From an uncultured delta proteobacterium (lineage in GTDB: Bacteria; Desulfobacterota; Desulfobacteria; Desulfobacterales; QNYZ01): DNA of 57,138 bases. Made by a program: the position numbers and the translations under genes. Of the stretch, positions 9,097 through 17,991 are shown one piece after another; position 1 is the stretch's first letter; the number at the start of each line of letters is the position of its first letter. A model generated the notes under the pieces. The model was not told where the DNA came from and did not search any database. It was given only the letters and a program-made list of their open reading frames with translations. The stretch lies in assembly GCA_963845145.1 (NCBI GenBank), contig CAWJQU010000009.1, forward strand, positions 1 to 57,138, written 5' to 3'.

Positions 9097-9421
9097 CTTA
9101 ATTTTATTGATACCTGTTTGTCGATGTGTGTCATAAAAATGTACGGTTCGTGGCCTTGTACCTTATCGATTTTTATGGTATTTATCCACAGAGAATAAAA
9201 AATGCAAATCATATTCTCCGGTCTTTGATGCCACCATGGAAGACCTTGGAAAATCCCGATTTTCATTGAAAAACGAAGCGGATAATTCCGCCGGTCTCGA
9301 AGAATCCGATCTCGCTCCATACACGAGGTCACCTTGTTCGAGATTATCACTTTGAATAGGACATCAAAATCGGCCCCGAGGGATACCGTGGGTGGATGCC
9401 AAACATAGGGGGACACAACCC

Positions 9422-9589
9422 ATGTCCGAGAAACACCCGGAATGCCCGCTTTACAACCCATATAATTGCAAAGAATACAATAACCCGACCCTTTGTGCGT
9501 TTGTCCGGGATGATAAACAATGCCTTAAAAAGAAAAAACCGAAATCAAATTCAAAGAAATCGGTCAAGCCGGAAAATGACGATGCTTGA
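9422..9589 (+). CDS. Small Cys/Lys-rich hypothetical protein (55 aa)
   Basis: AGGGGGA RBS-like sequence before ATG 9422. Four Cys residues (CPLY..NC..LC..QC) and a basic tail. Confidence 0.55.
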   Translation: MSEKHPECPLYNPYNCKEYNNPTLCAFVRDDKQCLKKKKPKSNSKKSVKPENDDA

Positions 9590-9656
9590 ATAGATAGTCC
9601 TACCTGTTTTTATCCTTCAGCGTTATAAAAAACCTAAAAATTTCCGTTAATCAACA

Positions 9657-10226
9657 TCAGGCGTGGCCGGCGGTTTGGGAAATAACCGTAGGATTGATGC
9701 CATTTTTATCCAACACCCTGTCCCATCTATCCGCTACTGGCCAGTTAAACACTGCCTTCTCGTAAATATCGCTCGTCATCCACGTATTTTCCTTGATTTC
9801 ATATTCCAGTTGTCCCCCTCCCCAACCGGCGCATCCCAAAGCAATAATGTATTGTTCGGGACCATTCCCCCCGGCAATGGACTCCAGTATGTCCCGGGTA
9901 TTACTCATGGCAAGGGTCGGTGTTATCTGATGACACCCTACCCAATCAAAAGGTGGGCCGTGCAAAATGAACAGTTCATTCATATGGACCGGCCCACCGA
10001 GATGAACGGGGACGGCCTCAACCTTCGCAGTCGATTCTATTTTCAATTCGGAAAAAATATCTTTTCCGGTCAAATCGGCATCTTGTCGGTTAATAACAAC
10101 ACCCAGAGCACCCGCTGCATCATGGGCGCAGATGCACGTAACGGTTTTGTGAAAATTGGGGTCAGCGAGGAAAGGCATCGCGATGAGAAGCCGACCTTTT
10201 AGAGAACCTTGATACTCAACTGGCAA
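9657..10226 (-). CDS. YqgE/AlgH (UPF0301) family protein
   Basis: LLIAMPFLADPNFHKTV, GGPV, LGCAGWGGGQLEYE and C-terminal AGHA. Confidence 0.93.
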   Translation of the reverse strand: MPVEYQGSLKGRLLIAMPFLADPNFHKTVTCICAHDAAGALGVVINRQDADLTGKDIFSELKIESTAKVEAVPVHLGGPVHMNELFILHGPPFDWVGCHQITPTLAMSNTRDILESIAGGNGPEQYIIALGCAGWGGGQLEYEIKENTWMTSDIYEKAVFNWPVADRWDRVLDKNGINPTVISQTAGHA

Positions 10227-10283
10227 CGGTTATCCTTTACTTTTGCGTACAATGATCAAAGGCCATGCGGATGCGCCTTAGTG

Positions 10284-11783
10284 TTAGCCTTTTTCCGAAT
10301 ATTCAATCCCGTTCGCGACGATCGTCGGGTCTTCAAGCGCGGCACGGTCCATTTCAGATAAAATCGGTCCTTCGGGTTCCCCCAGACGATCGTCATGAAT
10401 GGTCGCCAATTCACTTAAAGCTTCTCGCACTTCCCGCGTACCGGTTTCGCAAAGGTTGCGTAGCGAGGCAAACGCGGTTTTCGCCTCGGACATCGAAAAC
10501 CGGCCGTCGGTTTTTCGAAGAAAAGCTTCCAGTTTATGTCGAATAGCATCCCAGTTGTCCCGCCGGGTTTGGGTGTTGAGCGGTGTCAAATGATCCAGTT
10601 GGAGCAGTTGTTTTTCATGGAACCGATGAGAAAAATAACCCATTCCGGTCAACAGCCAGCCCAGAAAAAAAACGCCCGCCACACCGCCACCCCCGAATAA
10701 AAGGACTTGTTGATCCAGTGCGCCGGCCAGGCCCGAAACCATTGCACCGATCAGGGCTCCCACGCCCACGATAATCCCGCCCAGCAGACCCAAAACCAAG
10801 AGCCGAGCCCGGTGGCCGTTTTTCTTGCGGCGAAAAGCGACCAACGCCTCCAGCAGGTGGGAAAGGCGCTCCCCATGCGTCTCCACAAATGAGGCGAGGT
10901 TGTCCAACCGATAGCGGGGGGCGTCCAGGACTGCCTTTTTCAGATCATCGCGCTGATTGCCCAGATATTGTAAATAGCTGGCATCGGACCGATCGTGCTG
11001 CTGACGTTTTTCCGCTGCCTGTTGGGAATAGACCAAATGGATGGTGGGAATATCCTTGCGACCGGTCATTTGAGACAGGTTCCAGCAGAGGGTTCCGTAA
11101 ACCTGCAAAAGGTCGATAAGCGAATTGCATTCGTCGATTCGATTGAGAACGAAAAGAACGCGATCCTCAAAGGTCCGGGCAGGCAATGTGTCTCTTAAGC
11201 TGGTGTGTGCTTCGCGCACGGTTCCGGCTTTGTGGGGATCAAACAAAATCAATACCAAATCGGCAATCTGGGCCAGGTCCCCGATGACTTCCTGGTAATT
11301 GTATCCCCGGTCGCGCTCAGTGATACTGTCAAGCATGCCGGGCGTATCAATGATGGCCAGGTTTTTTAAAAACGGCGAGTTGACCTTTTTTAAACGAAAG
11401 TGGGCGGCAAACCGTTCTCCGTGTTTTTTCAGAGACTCGAATGGGTATTCGGAATCATTGAGAAGATATTTCCCGTCCCGTTCCTCGGTAACCACGACAC
11501 CTGGGTTCCCCTCTTCGGTCGAATCGTCATCGGTAATGACGGTAAACGAATCGTCCGTAGGGGCCTGTCCGGTGGCCTGAATCTTGCCGCCCAGCAGATC
11601 ATTGATCAGGGTCGATTTTCCGGAGGAATAATTACCCAGTACCAGAACTTGGGGACGCCATTTGATGTTGGTTTCTAAGGGGACTTCACTATAATCATAT
11701 TGGAGTGCGACCGGGGAGAGATATCGCTCAACCATTTCCAGCAGCTCAGTTCTTAGGGCGTTGATATAATTTTGACGATACAC
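10284..11783 (-). CDS. EHD-like dynamin-superfamily NTPase with two C-terminal transmembrane segments
   Basis: GNYSSGKS, PTDDSFTVI, IIDTPGMLD, DRGYNY, ILFDPHK, VLNRID and QVYGTLCWNL follow the EHD G-domain motif order. Start reassigned to GTG 11783 after GGAG, which avoids overlap with the upstream gene. Confidence 0.85.
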   Translation of the reverse strand: MYRQNYINALRTELLEMVERYLSPVALQYDYSEVPLETNIKWRPQVLVLGNYSSGKSTLINDLLGGKIQATGQAPTDDSFTVITDDDSTEEGNPGVVVTEERDGKYLLNDSEYPFESLKKHGERFAAHFRLKKVNSPFLKNLAIIDTPGMLDSITERDRGYNYQEVIGDLAQIADLVLILFDPHKAGTVREAHTSLRDTLPARTFEDRVLFVLNRIDECNSLIDLLQVYGTLCWNLSQMTGRKDIPTIHLVYSQQAAEKRQQHDRSDASYLQYLGNQRDDLKKAVLDAPRYRLDNLASFVETHGERLSHLLEALVAFRRKKNGHRARLLVLGLLGGIIVGVGALIGAMVSGLAGALDQQVLLFGGGGVAGVFFLGWLLTGMGYFSHRFHEKQLLQLDHLTPLNTQTRRDNWDAIRHKLEAFLRKTDGRFSMSEAKTAFASLRNLCETGTREVREALSELATIHDDRLGEPEGPILSEMDRAALEDPTIVANGIEYSEKG

Positions 11784-11995
11784 GGGCCGCTCCAACAGAT
11801 CGAAGTTATTGATTTTTGTAACGCTATCAAAACCGCTGACTAGCGTCAACCATGTAACATGGTGGATGTCCACCCCCAATAACAGGTGGGGTGGCGGATA
11901 GAGGCAACCGTATCCCCGATGGCGCGGCTGAATACGAAAAACGGTTGTATCCCTTTTTCTATACGGTGAGCGATACCGGCCGCCGGCACGATCGC

Positions 11996-12646
11996 CTATT
12001 GGGGGGTCACCCGAATCCGCACCCATCCACCGCCCCTGCGGTGATAGATGTTTCTTTTTCCCGTCAAACCCGCAAAAAACCGATCAAAAGGCGCATGGTA
12101 TGGGCCATCGACTTCCGGGTCAACGTCCAGCATGAGTACGGTTTGTCGCTGCGAATCATACCTGCCAATGGGCGATACATGGCTGCCGAACCACTCACCG
12201 ACGACCTCTCCCTGAGTAAAATAAGCGAGAATATATTCGTGATCCGATGCGCTCATTTGCGTCAAGTGGCGACGAACGAGCTCCTTTTTAGCGTTCAGAT
12301 CCGGTATCGTTTCATTTAGGCTCAGTAAGTCAACACTATCATAAGATATTCCGTATACACGCAAGGCATCTTTGCAGATCTTGTACAAGTCCTTTAATGA
12401 GACACCATGACGCCCGCAATGGCCTTTGTGGCTCAGTTGGTCTTTCCAAAACGTGACGGCGACATTGTCCATTAACGCCTGTTGCGTAATCGGATCTGCA
12501 CCGCTGTCGCTCCCGGCGACTTGCACAATGGTATTGAGGACCATGGCCACCGAGGCCGCTGAACAGGCATATCCGTTAAACTGGAGAACATGGTTTTGGC
12601 GTAAATAGGCCAATTTTACAGCCCCAGGCATCTTCATGGCGGTCAC
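11996..12646 (-). CDS. Phytochelatin synthase-like (peptidase C83) protein, catalytic domain only
   Basis: QFNGYACSAASVAMVLN (Cys), GSHVSPIG (His), LMLDVD (Asp). Confidence 0.85.
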   Translation of the reverse strand: MTAMKMPGAVKLAYLRQNHVLQFNGYACSAASVAMVLNTIVQVAGSDSGADPITQQALMDNVAVTFWKDQLSHKGHCGRHGVSLKDLYKICKDALRVYGISYDSVDLLSLNETIPDLNAKKELVRRHLTQMSASDHEYILAYFTQGEVVGEWFGSHVSPIGRYDSQRQTVLMLDVDPEVDGPYHAPFDRFFAGLTGKRNIYHRRGGGWVRIRVTPQ

Positions 12647-12699
12647 AGCCCTCTTCTTTGATGACCATAGGATCTAGGTGAGCAAAAATGAACTTCTTT

Positions 12700-12868
12700 G
12701 AGCCAATTTCAAAACGCCCCAGTTTGCTCAATCTCTGCGTCTGGCTCAAATTTTAATCCTCGAAATACCCAATGTATTTACCCCAAGGGCACTTCCTTCG
12801 GGGCGCCTGTGGTTAAAATTTTTACCATCCTTGACATTGAATAAACTGAAACGTTTTGAAAATGGCTC
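12700..12868. repeat. MITE-like hairpin repeat, family 1, copy 1
   Basis: 17-bp TIR GAGCCAATTTCAAAACG / CGTTTTGAAAATGGCTC (1 mismatch). CTTT on both flanks (12696-12699 and 12869-12872). Near-identical core at 17142-17320. Confidence 0.85.
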
Positions 12869-12917
12869 CTTTAACAAAAATTTTTGCGACGGCTTCCCCT
12901 TGCCGGGCTACCGATTG

Positions 12918-13424
12918 CTATTCGGACATGTCAAACTCTTTATTATCAAGCCAGTAGCCGGTACCTGAAATATAATCGAGCTCCGCCTGGACCATATCGA
13001 TGTGGCCATTTTCAATTTCGACAAACCGGGCAAACATTTTCTGGCCTTCATCACTCATTTCCGCGACCATCCGCTCATAGAAACGGCTGGTTTCAATTTC
13101 CAGTGTCAAGGCCTTGCTCAGCATCTGCTTTTCATTTTTTTGATCATCTGCAGACATCCGGGGTTTGAGTTTGTTAACCTCGCGTTTAATCTCTGCGGCG
13201 GAGGGGATGCTTGATTCAAGCTTTTCAGCCGTGATGCGCCCTGTTTTGCGCCACTGTTGCAAACGGTCATTCAAATAGGCCAGATGCCCGGCCTCATCAT
13301 TTCCAAGAGCGCTAAATATGCGGGTGGCAATGGGGTCTTTGGTTTTTTCCGCTGCCTTCAGGTATAGGTCGCGAATTTTAGTTTCATATTCAATGGCTGT
13401 CCGAATCGCTTCTTCGATGGTCAT
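12918..13424 (-). CDS. Rubrerythrin/ferritin-like di-iron protein
   Basis: AIEYE..DEAGH and LEIE..IENGH (ExxH) motifs. Confidence 0.88.
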   Translation of the reverse strand: MTIEEAIRTAIEYETKIRDLYLKAAEKTKDPIATRIFSALGNDEAGHLAYLNDRLQQWRKTGRITAEKLESSIPSAAEIKREVNKLKPRMSADDQKNEKQMLSKALTLEIETSRFYERMVAEMSDEGQKMFARFVEIENGHIDMVQAELDYISGTGYWLDNKEFDMSE

Positions 13425-14443
13425 GATCGTCTCCGATTTTTGGTTTTAGCCAATGATTGATAGGCCTCGGTGATTCGAATGAATGTTCCGGGATCTCCCC
13501 CCCGGTCGGGATGGTGTTTAAGGGCGAGCCGGCGGTATAGACGTGTCAAAGCCGCGAGGGGCATCTTTTCCAGCGCTTCCCGGGTAATATTAAAAAGAGC
13601 GCTGGCTTCCGCGATCCCCACCCTCGTGGTTGTCGGTGGGGATCGATAGGCACGATGACGATTTATAAATGCCTGAAGCTCGTCCTCCAGAAAGCGACCA
13701 CTGGTAAATTCATAATCAAAGTAAAAAATCAGATACCTTGCCAGATAGGCATGCAACCAAGACCCATGGTCGGCCTTGCCCCAGAAATCAGCCGCCTTGT
13801 TTAATCGGCAGATCTCTTCAATGAAATGAGAATCCAGCGCTTCACGATCCAGCATCTCCGGCGCCCGCTCGGCCAAAATAGTCGTGAAGAACCGCTTGAG
13901 ATCGAAAATGACATAAATATAGCTTTTTAACTCATGCGGTCGGAGGATGGCTTCCTGATGTATGAACCCTTGTTCTATTTCGTCCCTTGATTTCTCCTGC
14001 AGCCAGTGTAAGAGATTGGCCGGCATCCGCCCCAGGCCACGCTGATCGGAACGTCCCGTTTTAAGAAAATGCACCCGTCGTTTATCAAAAAGATGGGTGC
14101 GCAGGTGGATCTTTTTTTTCTCCAAAGGGCTCAGACGCATTCGTTTGCTACGGTACCGACCCCGTTGCCGAAAAACCCCAACCGCCCGCCGAATGGATGG
14201 TTTAACGTACGGCCAAAAAAGGGAATCCAATTCATCCACCCGGGTTTTGACCCCCATTTGGTCAAGATGGTCCTCAATCACTTCATCAATATAGTAGGCG
14301 TTTCCACCAGGATAAATAATGTACTCGGAAGGGTTGTGTCCCAAATCGAAAAGGTCCCGGTGATGATAGATTCCATCTTTTTTTACCGATTCTCTTAAGG
14401 CATACCGGTATCGGCGGCTGTCCGGCGTCCGGGCAAGATACAC
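13421..14443 (-). CDS. Protein with C-terminal J domain
   Basis: YRRLALKHHPDRGGD..ITEAY at the C-terminus. Confidence 0.8.
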   Translation of the reverse strand: MYLARTPDSRRYRYALRESVKKDGIYHHRDLFDLGHNPSEYIIYPGGNAYYIDEVIEDHLDQMGVKTRVDELDSLFWPYVKPSIRRAVGVFRQRGRYRSKRMRLSPLEKKKIHLRTHLFDKRRVHFLKTGRSDQRGLGRMPANLLHWLQEKSRDEIEQGFIHQEAILRPHELKSYIYVIFDLKRFFTTILAERAPEMLDREALDSHFIEEICRLNKAADFWGKADHGSWLHAYLARYLIFYFDYEFTSGRFLEDELQAFINRHRAYRSPPTTTRVGIAEASALFNITREALEKMPLAALTRLYRRLALKHHPDRGGDPGTFIRITEAYQSLAKTKNRRRS

Positions 14444-14449
14444 TGTTAT

Positions 14450-15349
14450 TTAACTCTGCTTTTTTCGATCCAGACCGTTAAGTTTATCCCTGACATTATT
14501 GCGTAGCATTCTCGATTTTAAATGAAAGATTTTGTATCCATAACGAAGATTTTTTTCCATCAGAACCGGATAGTTACGAAAATTATTTTTAAGCTTGGAC
14601 CCATTGGATGTCATTTTACCAAAAAGAGCAATCTCCTTACCGATCACTTTGGTCTCTCTTTTTCGGACGGCATCGAGAAATGCCTGCCGAGACGGTTTGC
14701 AGTCCGCATAGGTCACCACTTTACCCATATGGGACAACTGATGCCCGTCACTCCCACCGATGATTGCCTTATTGAGGTTGAAACCTAGAAGCGCGCAACG
14801 CGTGTTCCAGCGATGCAAATTCGAAGCATTTAATACTTCCACCCCATCCGCCTGTTTAAACAATTCGGCCAAATCCTTGGATGAAAAAAAGAAATTGCAA
14901 ATTCCGGTGTAGGTCGCGCTATAAGGATGGGGAAACATGATGACCGACCGGTAATTTTGTGCACGACGCAATATCTCCGCCATCGATAGGTGGATCGCAC
15001 TCATAACATCCTTGCCCATAAAGGGCTCGATCTCCCGGACGTAAAACCGCTCCAAACTTTTAATGTCGTAAAAATAGACCAGCAGGTGGCTGCCTTCTGC
15101 GGATGTTATTTCAATGCCGGGGATACTCAGCAGATTTTTATAACGATTGAGTTCGATAGCCCCCCGAATATCGTTATGATCCGTGATGGCAAGCCCGATA
15201 CCCGATTGACTTGCGAGATCGGCAATCGCCGCCACGCTGTCGGCACCATCGGAATATCGGCTGTGGAAATGAGTGTCGACCACAGTGTAGCGGCCGGTCA
15301 AAAGGTCCAGGTTCGGCTTTTCAAACACGATGCGATTTGATTGATCCAT
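14450..15349 (-). CDS. PHP-domain metal-dependent phosphoesterase
   Basis: DTHFHSRYSDG, ITDHN, PGIEI, PHP, GGSDGH. Confidence 0.9.
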   Translation of the reverse strand: MDQSNRIVFEKPNLDLLTGRYTVVDTHFHSRYSDGADSVAAIADLASQSGIGLAITDHNDIRGAIELNRYKNLLSIPGIEITSAEGSHLLVYFYDIKSLERFYVREIEPFMGKDVMSAIHLSMAEILRRAQNYRSVIMFPHPYSATYTGICNFFFSSKDLAELFKQADGVEVLNASNLHRWNTRCALLGFNLNKAIIGGSDGHQLSHMGKVVTYADCKPSRQAFLDAVRKRETKVIGKEIALFGKMTSNGSKLKNNFRNYPVLMEKNLRYGYKIFHLKSRMLRNNVRDKLNGLDRKKQS

Positions 15350-15593
15350 TGTCCTGAGTGTTCCTCTGTTTACAATTCATCAGCATGCCAAGATAAGCTG
15401 AAGACATAATATATACCCGCCATTATGAAACGTCCAGCTGAAATATTACGCCAACGGTTCTGGGCTACCCTACGCTATCCGGTTAATTCTCCCGTTTAAA
15501 ATACCAGGTGGATCTTGTGGCGGATCTTCTTGACTTTAATCCGGTGAACACGGATAATTTTGCATTTTATGATAAACCATACCAACAACGCCG

Positions 15594-16010
15594 ATGACAC
15601 TTACCACATCCATTGATGCTGACGATATAAAATGGGTCTTTGTCCGCGCTTCCGGGCCCGGTGGACAACATGTCAATAAGACCTCAACGGCTGTGCAACT
15701 TCGATTTAAAGTAGAGGGAAGCTCGAATCTGGCCCCCCATGTACGTCGTCGCCTCGTACAGATTGCCGGGAACCGTATGACCACCGACGGCATTCTGGTG
15801 ATCGATGCCAGGCGATTTCGCAGTCAGATGAGAAACAGGGAAGACGCCCTGAAACGACTGAATGATCTGGTTGAAAAGGCGTCCCGGCAACCCCGGCTTC
15901 GCAGAAAGACGCGTCCGGGCCGGACGGCTCGCCTTCGCCGCCTGGAAGCCAAGCAGCGGCGAAGCAGGCTCAAACAATTGCGCCAATCGGTTAATCGCTT
16001 TAAAGAATAG
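15594..16010 (+). CDS. arfB: Alternative ribosome-rescue peptidyl-tRNA hydrolase
   Basis: RASGPGGQHVNKTSTAVQLRF, RSQMRNRE, basic C-terminal tail. Confidence 0.93.
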   Translation: MTLTTSIDADDIKWVFVRASGPGGQHVNKTSTAVQLRFKVEGSSNLAPHVRRRLVQIAGNRMTTDGILVIDARRFRSQMRNREDALKRLNDLVEKASRQPRLRRKTRPGRTARLRRLEAKQRRSRLKQLRQSVNRFKE

Positions 16011-16051
16011 GGAACATTATCAGATGAATATATTGCAATTTTGGTGCCGAC

Positions 16052-16564
16052 ATGGCCATTGAGCTGACCGGCAAAACAGAATACCATGTGGGCGTTCTAT
16101 CTGACACCCATGGTCAGGTGAGCAAAAGGGTCGTTCAACGGCTTGAACATGTCGATCTGATCATACATGCGGGCGATATTGATAGACCGGATGTATTGCC
16201 CCTATTGAGGAAACTGGCCCCTGTCGTTGCGGTACGCGGGAATATGGATGCAGGTAAATGGGCCGTAAACTTGAATGAAACCGAAACCCTCCAGGTCGCC
16301 GACACATGGATTCACATTCTGCATGATAAAAGCCGGTTGGATCTTGATCCGGTATCCGCCGGTTTCGGGGTCGTCATTTCCGGCCATACCCATAGGTCCG
16401 AGTTATCGAAGCATAACGGAACCCTTTATCTCAATCCCGGTAGCGCTTCATTCCCCCGCAATCCGGCATCGGCATCCATGGCCATTCTTCGCATTTGTGG
16501 AAAAATCGTCGATGTCGGGTTTGTCGATTTAGATCTCGATCGTCAATCGACTCTGCCAATTTAA
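16052..16564 (+). CDS. YfcE-like metallophosphoesterase
   Basis: SDTHG, HAGD, VRGNMD, SGHTH, NPGS. Confidence 0.92.
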   Translation: MAIELTGKTEYHVGVLSDTHGQVSKRVVQRLEHVDLIIHAGDIDRPDVLPLLRKLAPVVAVRGNMDAGKWAVNLNETETLQVADTWIHILHDKSRLDLDPVSAGFGVVISGHTHRSELSKHNGTLYLNPGSASFPRNPASASMAILRICGKIVDVGFVDLDLDRQSTLPI

Positions 16565-16599
16565 GTTGGCACTACGCCGTTTCCTCTTCTCCTTTTTAC

Positions 16600-16628
16600 T
16601 TGACCGCCGATAAGCAATATCATATAAA
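16600..16628 (+). promoter_or_regulatory. Putative sigma70 promoter of the PilZ gene
   Basis: TTGACC-17 nt-TATAAA. Confidence 0.55.
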
Positions 16629-16714
16629 CCGTTCAATTTAAGAAAATTATAAATGCCCGTTTAGCTACCCAAGTACTTCTCTTCAAGACTCTTAACATAA
16701 TCAGGAGGCGCATC

Positions 16715-17128
16715 ATGTCAGAACGGGAACGGCGCAAGGGCCCCAGGTATCCAGTCCGGTTTAGGGTTTATTTCCCACAATTCGAAATAGAGGGGCAAGC
16801 CACCAACATTTCCCTGGATGGATGCTATGTCAAGACAACGACGAATATGGAAAATGAGGGGCGGGTGGAGCTTGTTATTGAGCTACCGATTGTGGGGCCG
16901 GTCCAGATGAATGGCTATGTCCATCATCGCGATGCACAACCTGCCAGGGGCGTCGGGCTACAATTTATCCATGTTGGTTTTTCACCGGAAGAGTCCATCT
17001 ATTACGGCGTTTTTTCCCGTTTTGTCAAAGTCCTTTCGCAGCTACAGGATGTCCGGGAGTACTATCATCAATTGGCCGAGCAAGAGGGATTGACGCCCGC
17101 GACGATACCCGATCCGACTTACGAGTAA
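16715..17128 (+). CDS. PilZ-domain (c-di-GMP-binding) protein
   Basis: RKGPR (RxxxR) and NISLDG (N/DxSxxG). AGGAGG RBS. Confidence 0.88.
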   Translation: MSERERRKGPRYPVRFRVYFPQFEIEGQATNISLDGCYVKTTTNMENEGRVELVIELPIVGPVQMNGYVHHRDAQPARGVGLQFIHVGFSPEESIYYGVFSRFVKVLSQLQDVREYYHQLAEQEGLTPATIPDPTYE

Positions 17129-17141
17129 AGCTAATTCACAG

Positions 17142-17320
17142 GTGCCAATTTAAAACCGTCACAGTTTACCCAATCTCTGCGTCTGGCTCAAATTTTAATC
17201 CTCGAAATACCTAATGTATTTACCCCAAGGGCACTTCCTTCAGGGCGCCTGTGGTTAATCCGCCTGGGGCGGATCACCATTCTTGACCTTGAACAATCTG
17301 AAACGTTTTGAAGATGACTC
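17142..17320. repeat. MITE-like hairpin repeat, family 1, copy 2
   Basis: Shares the core CAATCTCTGCGTCTGGCTCAAATTTTAATCCTCGAAATAC..TACCCCAAGGGCACTTCCTTC..GCGCCTGTGGTTAA with 12700-12868. TIRs are degenerate; flanks are ACAG / ACAT. Confidence 0.85.
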
Positions 17321-17364
17321 ACATTAGATATAGAACCGGTGACGCCCTATCCCTCAGGTAGTCC

Positions 17365-17949
17365 TCAGGGCAACACCTTTGCGCCAGTGATTACGATGGC
17401 CTCAACGGGCACATCCTGTTGACCACTACGTGATGCGGTTTTTTCCTTCTCAATGGCATCCACCACATCCATTCCTTTGGTAACCTTTCCGAATGCGCAA
17501 TAGCCCCAGCCCTGGGGTGTTTTTGCTTTAAAATCAAGAAAGGCATTGTCAACGGTATTGATAAAAAATTGGGATGTCGCCGAATTCGGGTCACCCGTGC
17601 GGGCCATGGCGATGGTGCCGCGAGCGTTTTTCACGCCATTGTCAGCCTCAATGGGAATGGGTTTGCGATTGGGTTTGGGTTGCATATCCTCGGTCATTCC
17701 ACCACCCTGAATCATAAACCCCTTGATCACCCGATGAAAAATAGTGCCCTCGAAGAACCCGGCCTTAACATATTCCACAAAATTGGCCACCGTTTTCGGG
17801 GCCTTATCCGGGTAAAGCTCCAGTTCAATGGTTCCTTTGGAGGTCGTAATTGACACGTTGACAGCGTTGGATGCGGCCGGGCTTTCAGCCGACATGGCAA
17901 AAAATATCATGAACAATACTCCTATTTGTAAGATGATGGTTTTCTTCAT
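17365..17949 (-). CDS. ppiA: Cyclophilin-type peptidyl-prolyl isomerase with signal peptide
   Basis: [29 protein letters not shown]. Hydrophobic N-terminus; GGAG RBS before 17949. Confidence 0.9.
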   Translation of the reverse strand: MKKTIILQIGVLFMIFFAMSAESPAASNAVNVSITTSKGTIELELYPDKAPKTVANFVEYVKAGFFEGTIFHRVIKGFMIQGGGMTEDMQPKPNRKPIPIEADNGVKNARGTIAMARTGDPNSATSQFFINTVDNAFLDFKAKTPQGWGYCAFGKVTKGMDVVDAIEKEKTASRSGQQDVPVEAIVITGAKVLP

Positions 17950-17991
17950 TAAAAACTCCGTCGGTATCCTTTGTTGCAAACAATTTAGGTA

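Noticed and set aside
9075..9461. 128-aa minus-strand ORF upstream of the dynamin gene
   Set aside because: No recognisable motifs; it overlaps the starts of both neighbours and a probable regulatory region.
11784..12026. N-terminal 81 aa of the 580-aa ORF call
   Set aside because: It overlaps the upstream gene; a better RBS and GTG start lie at 11783.
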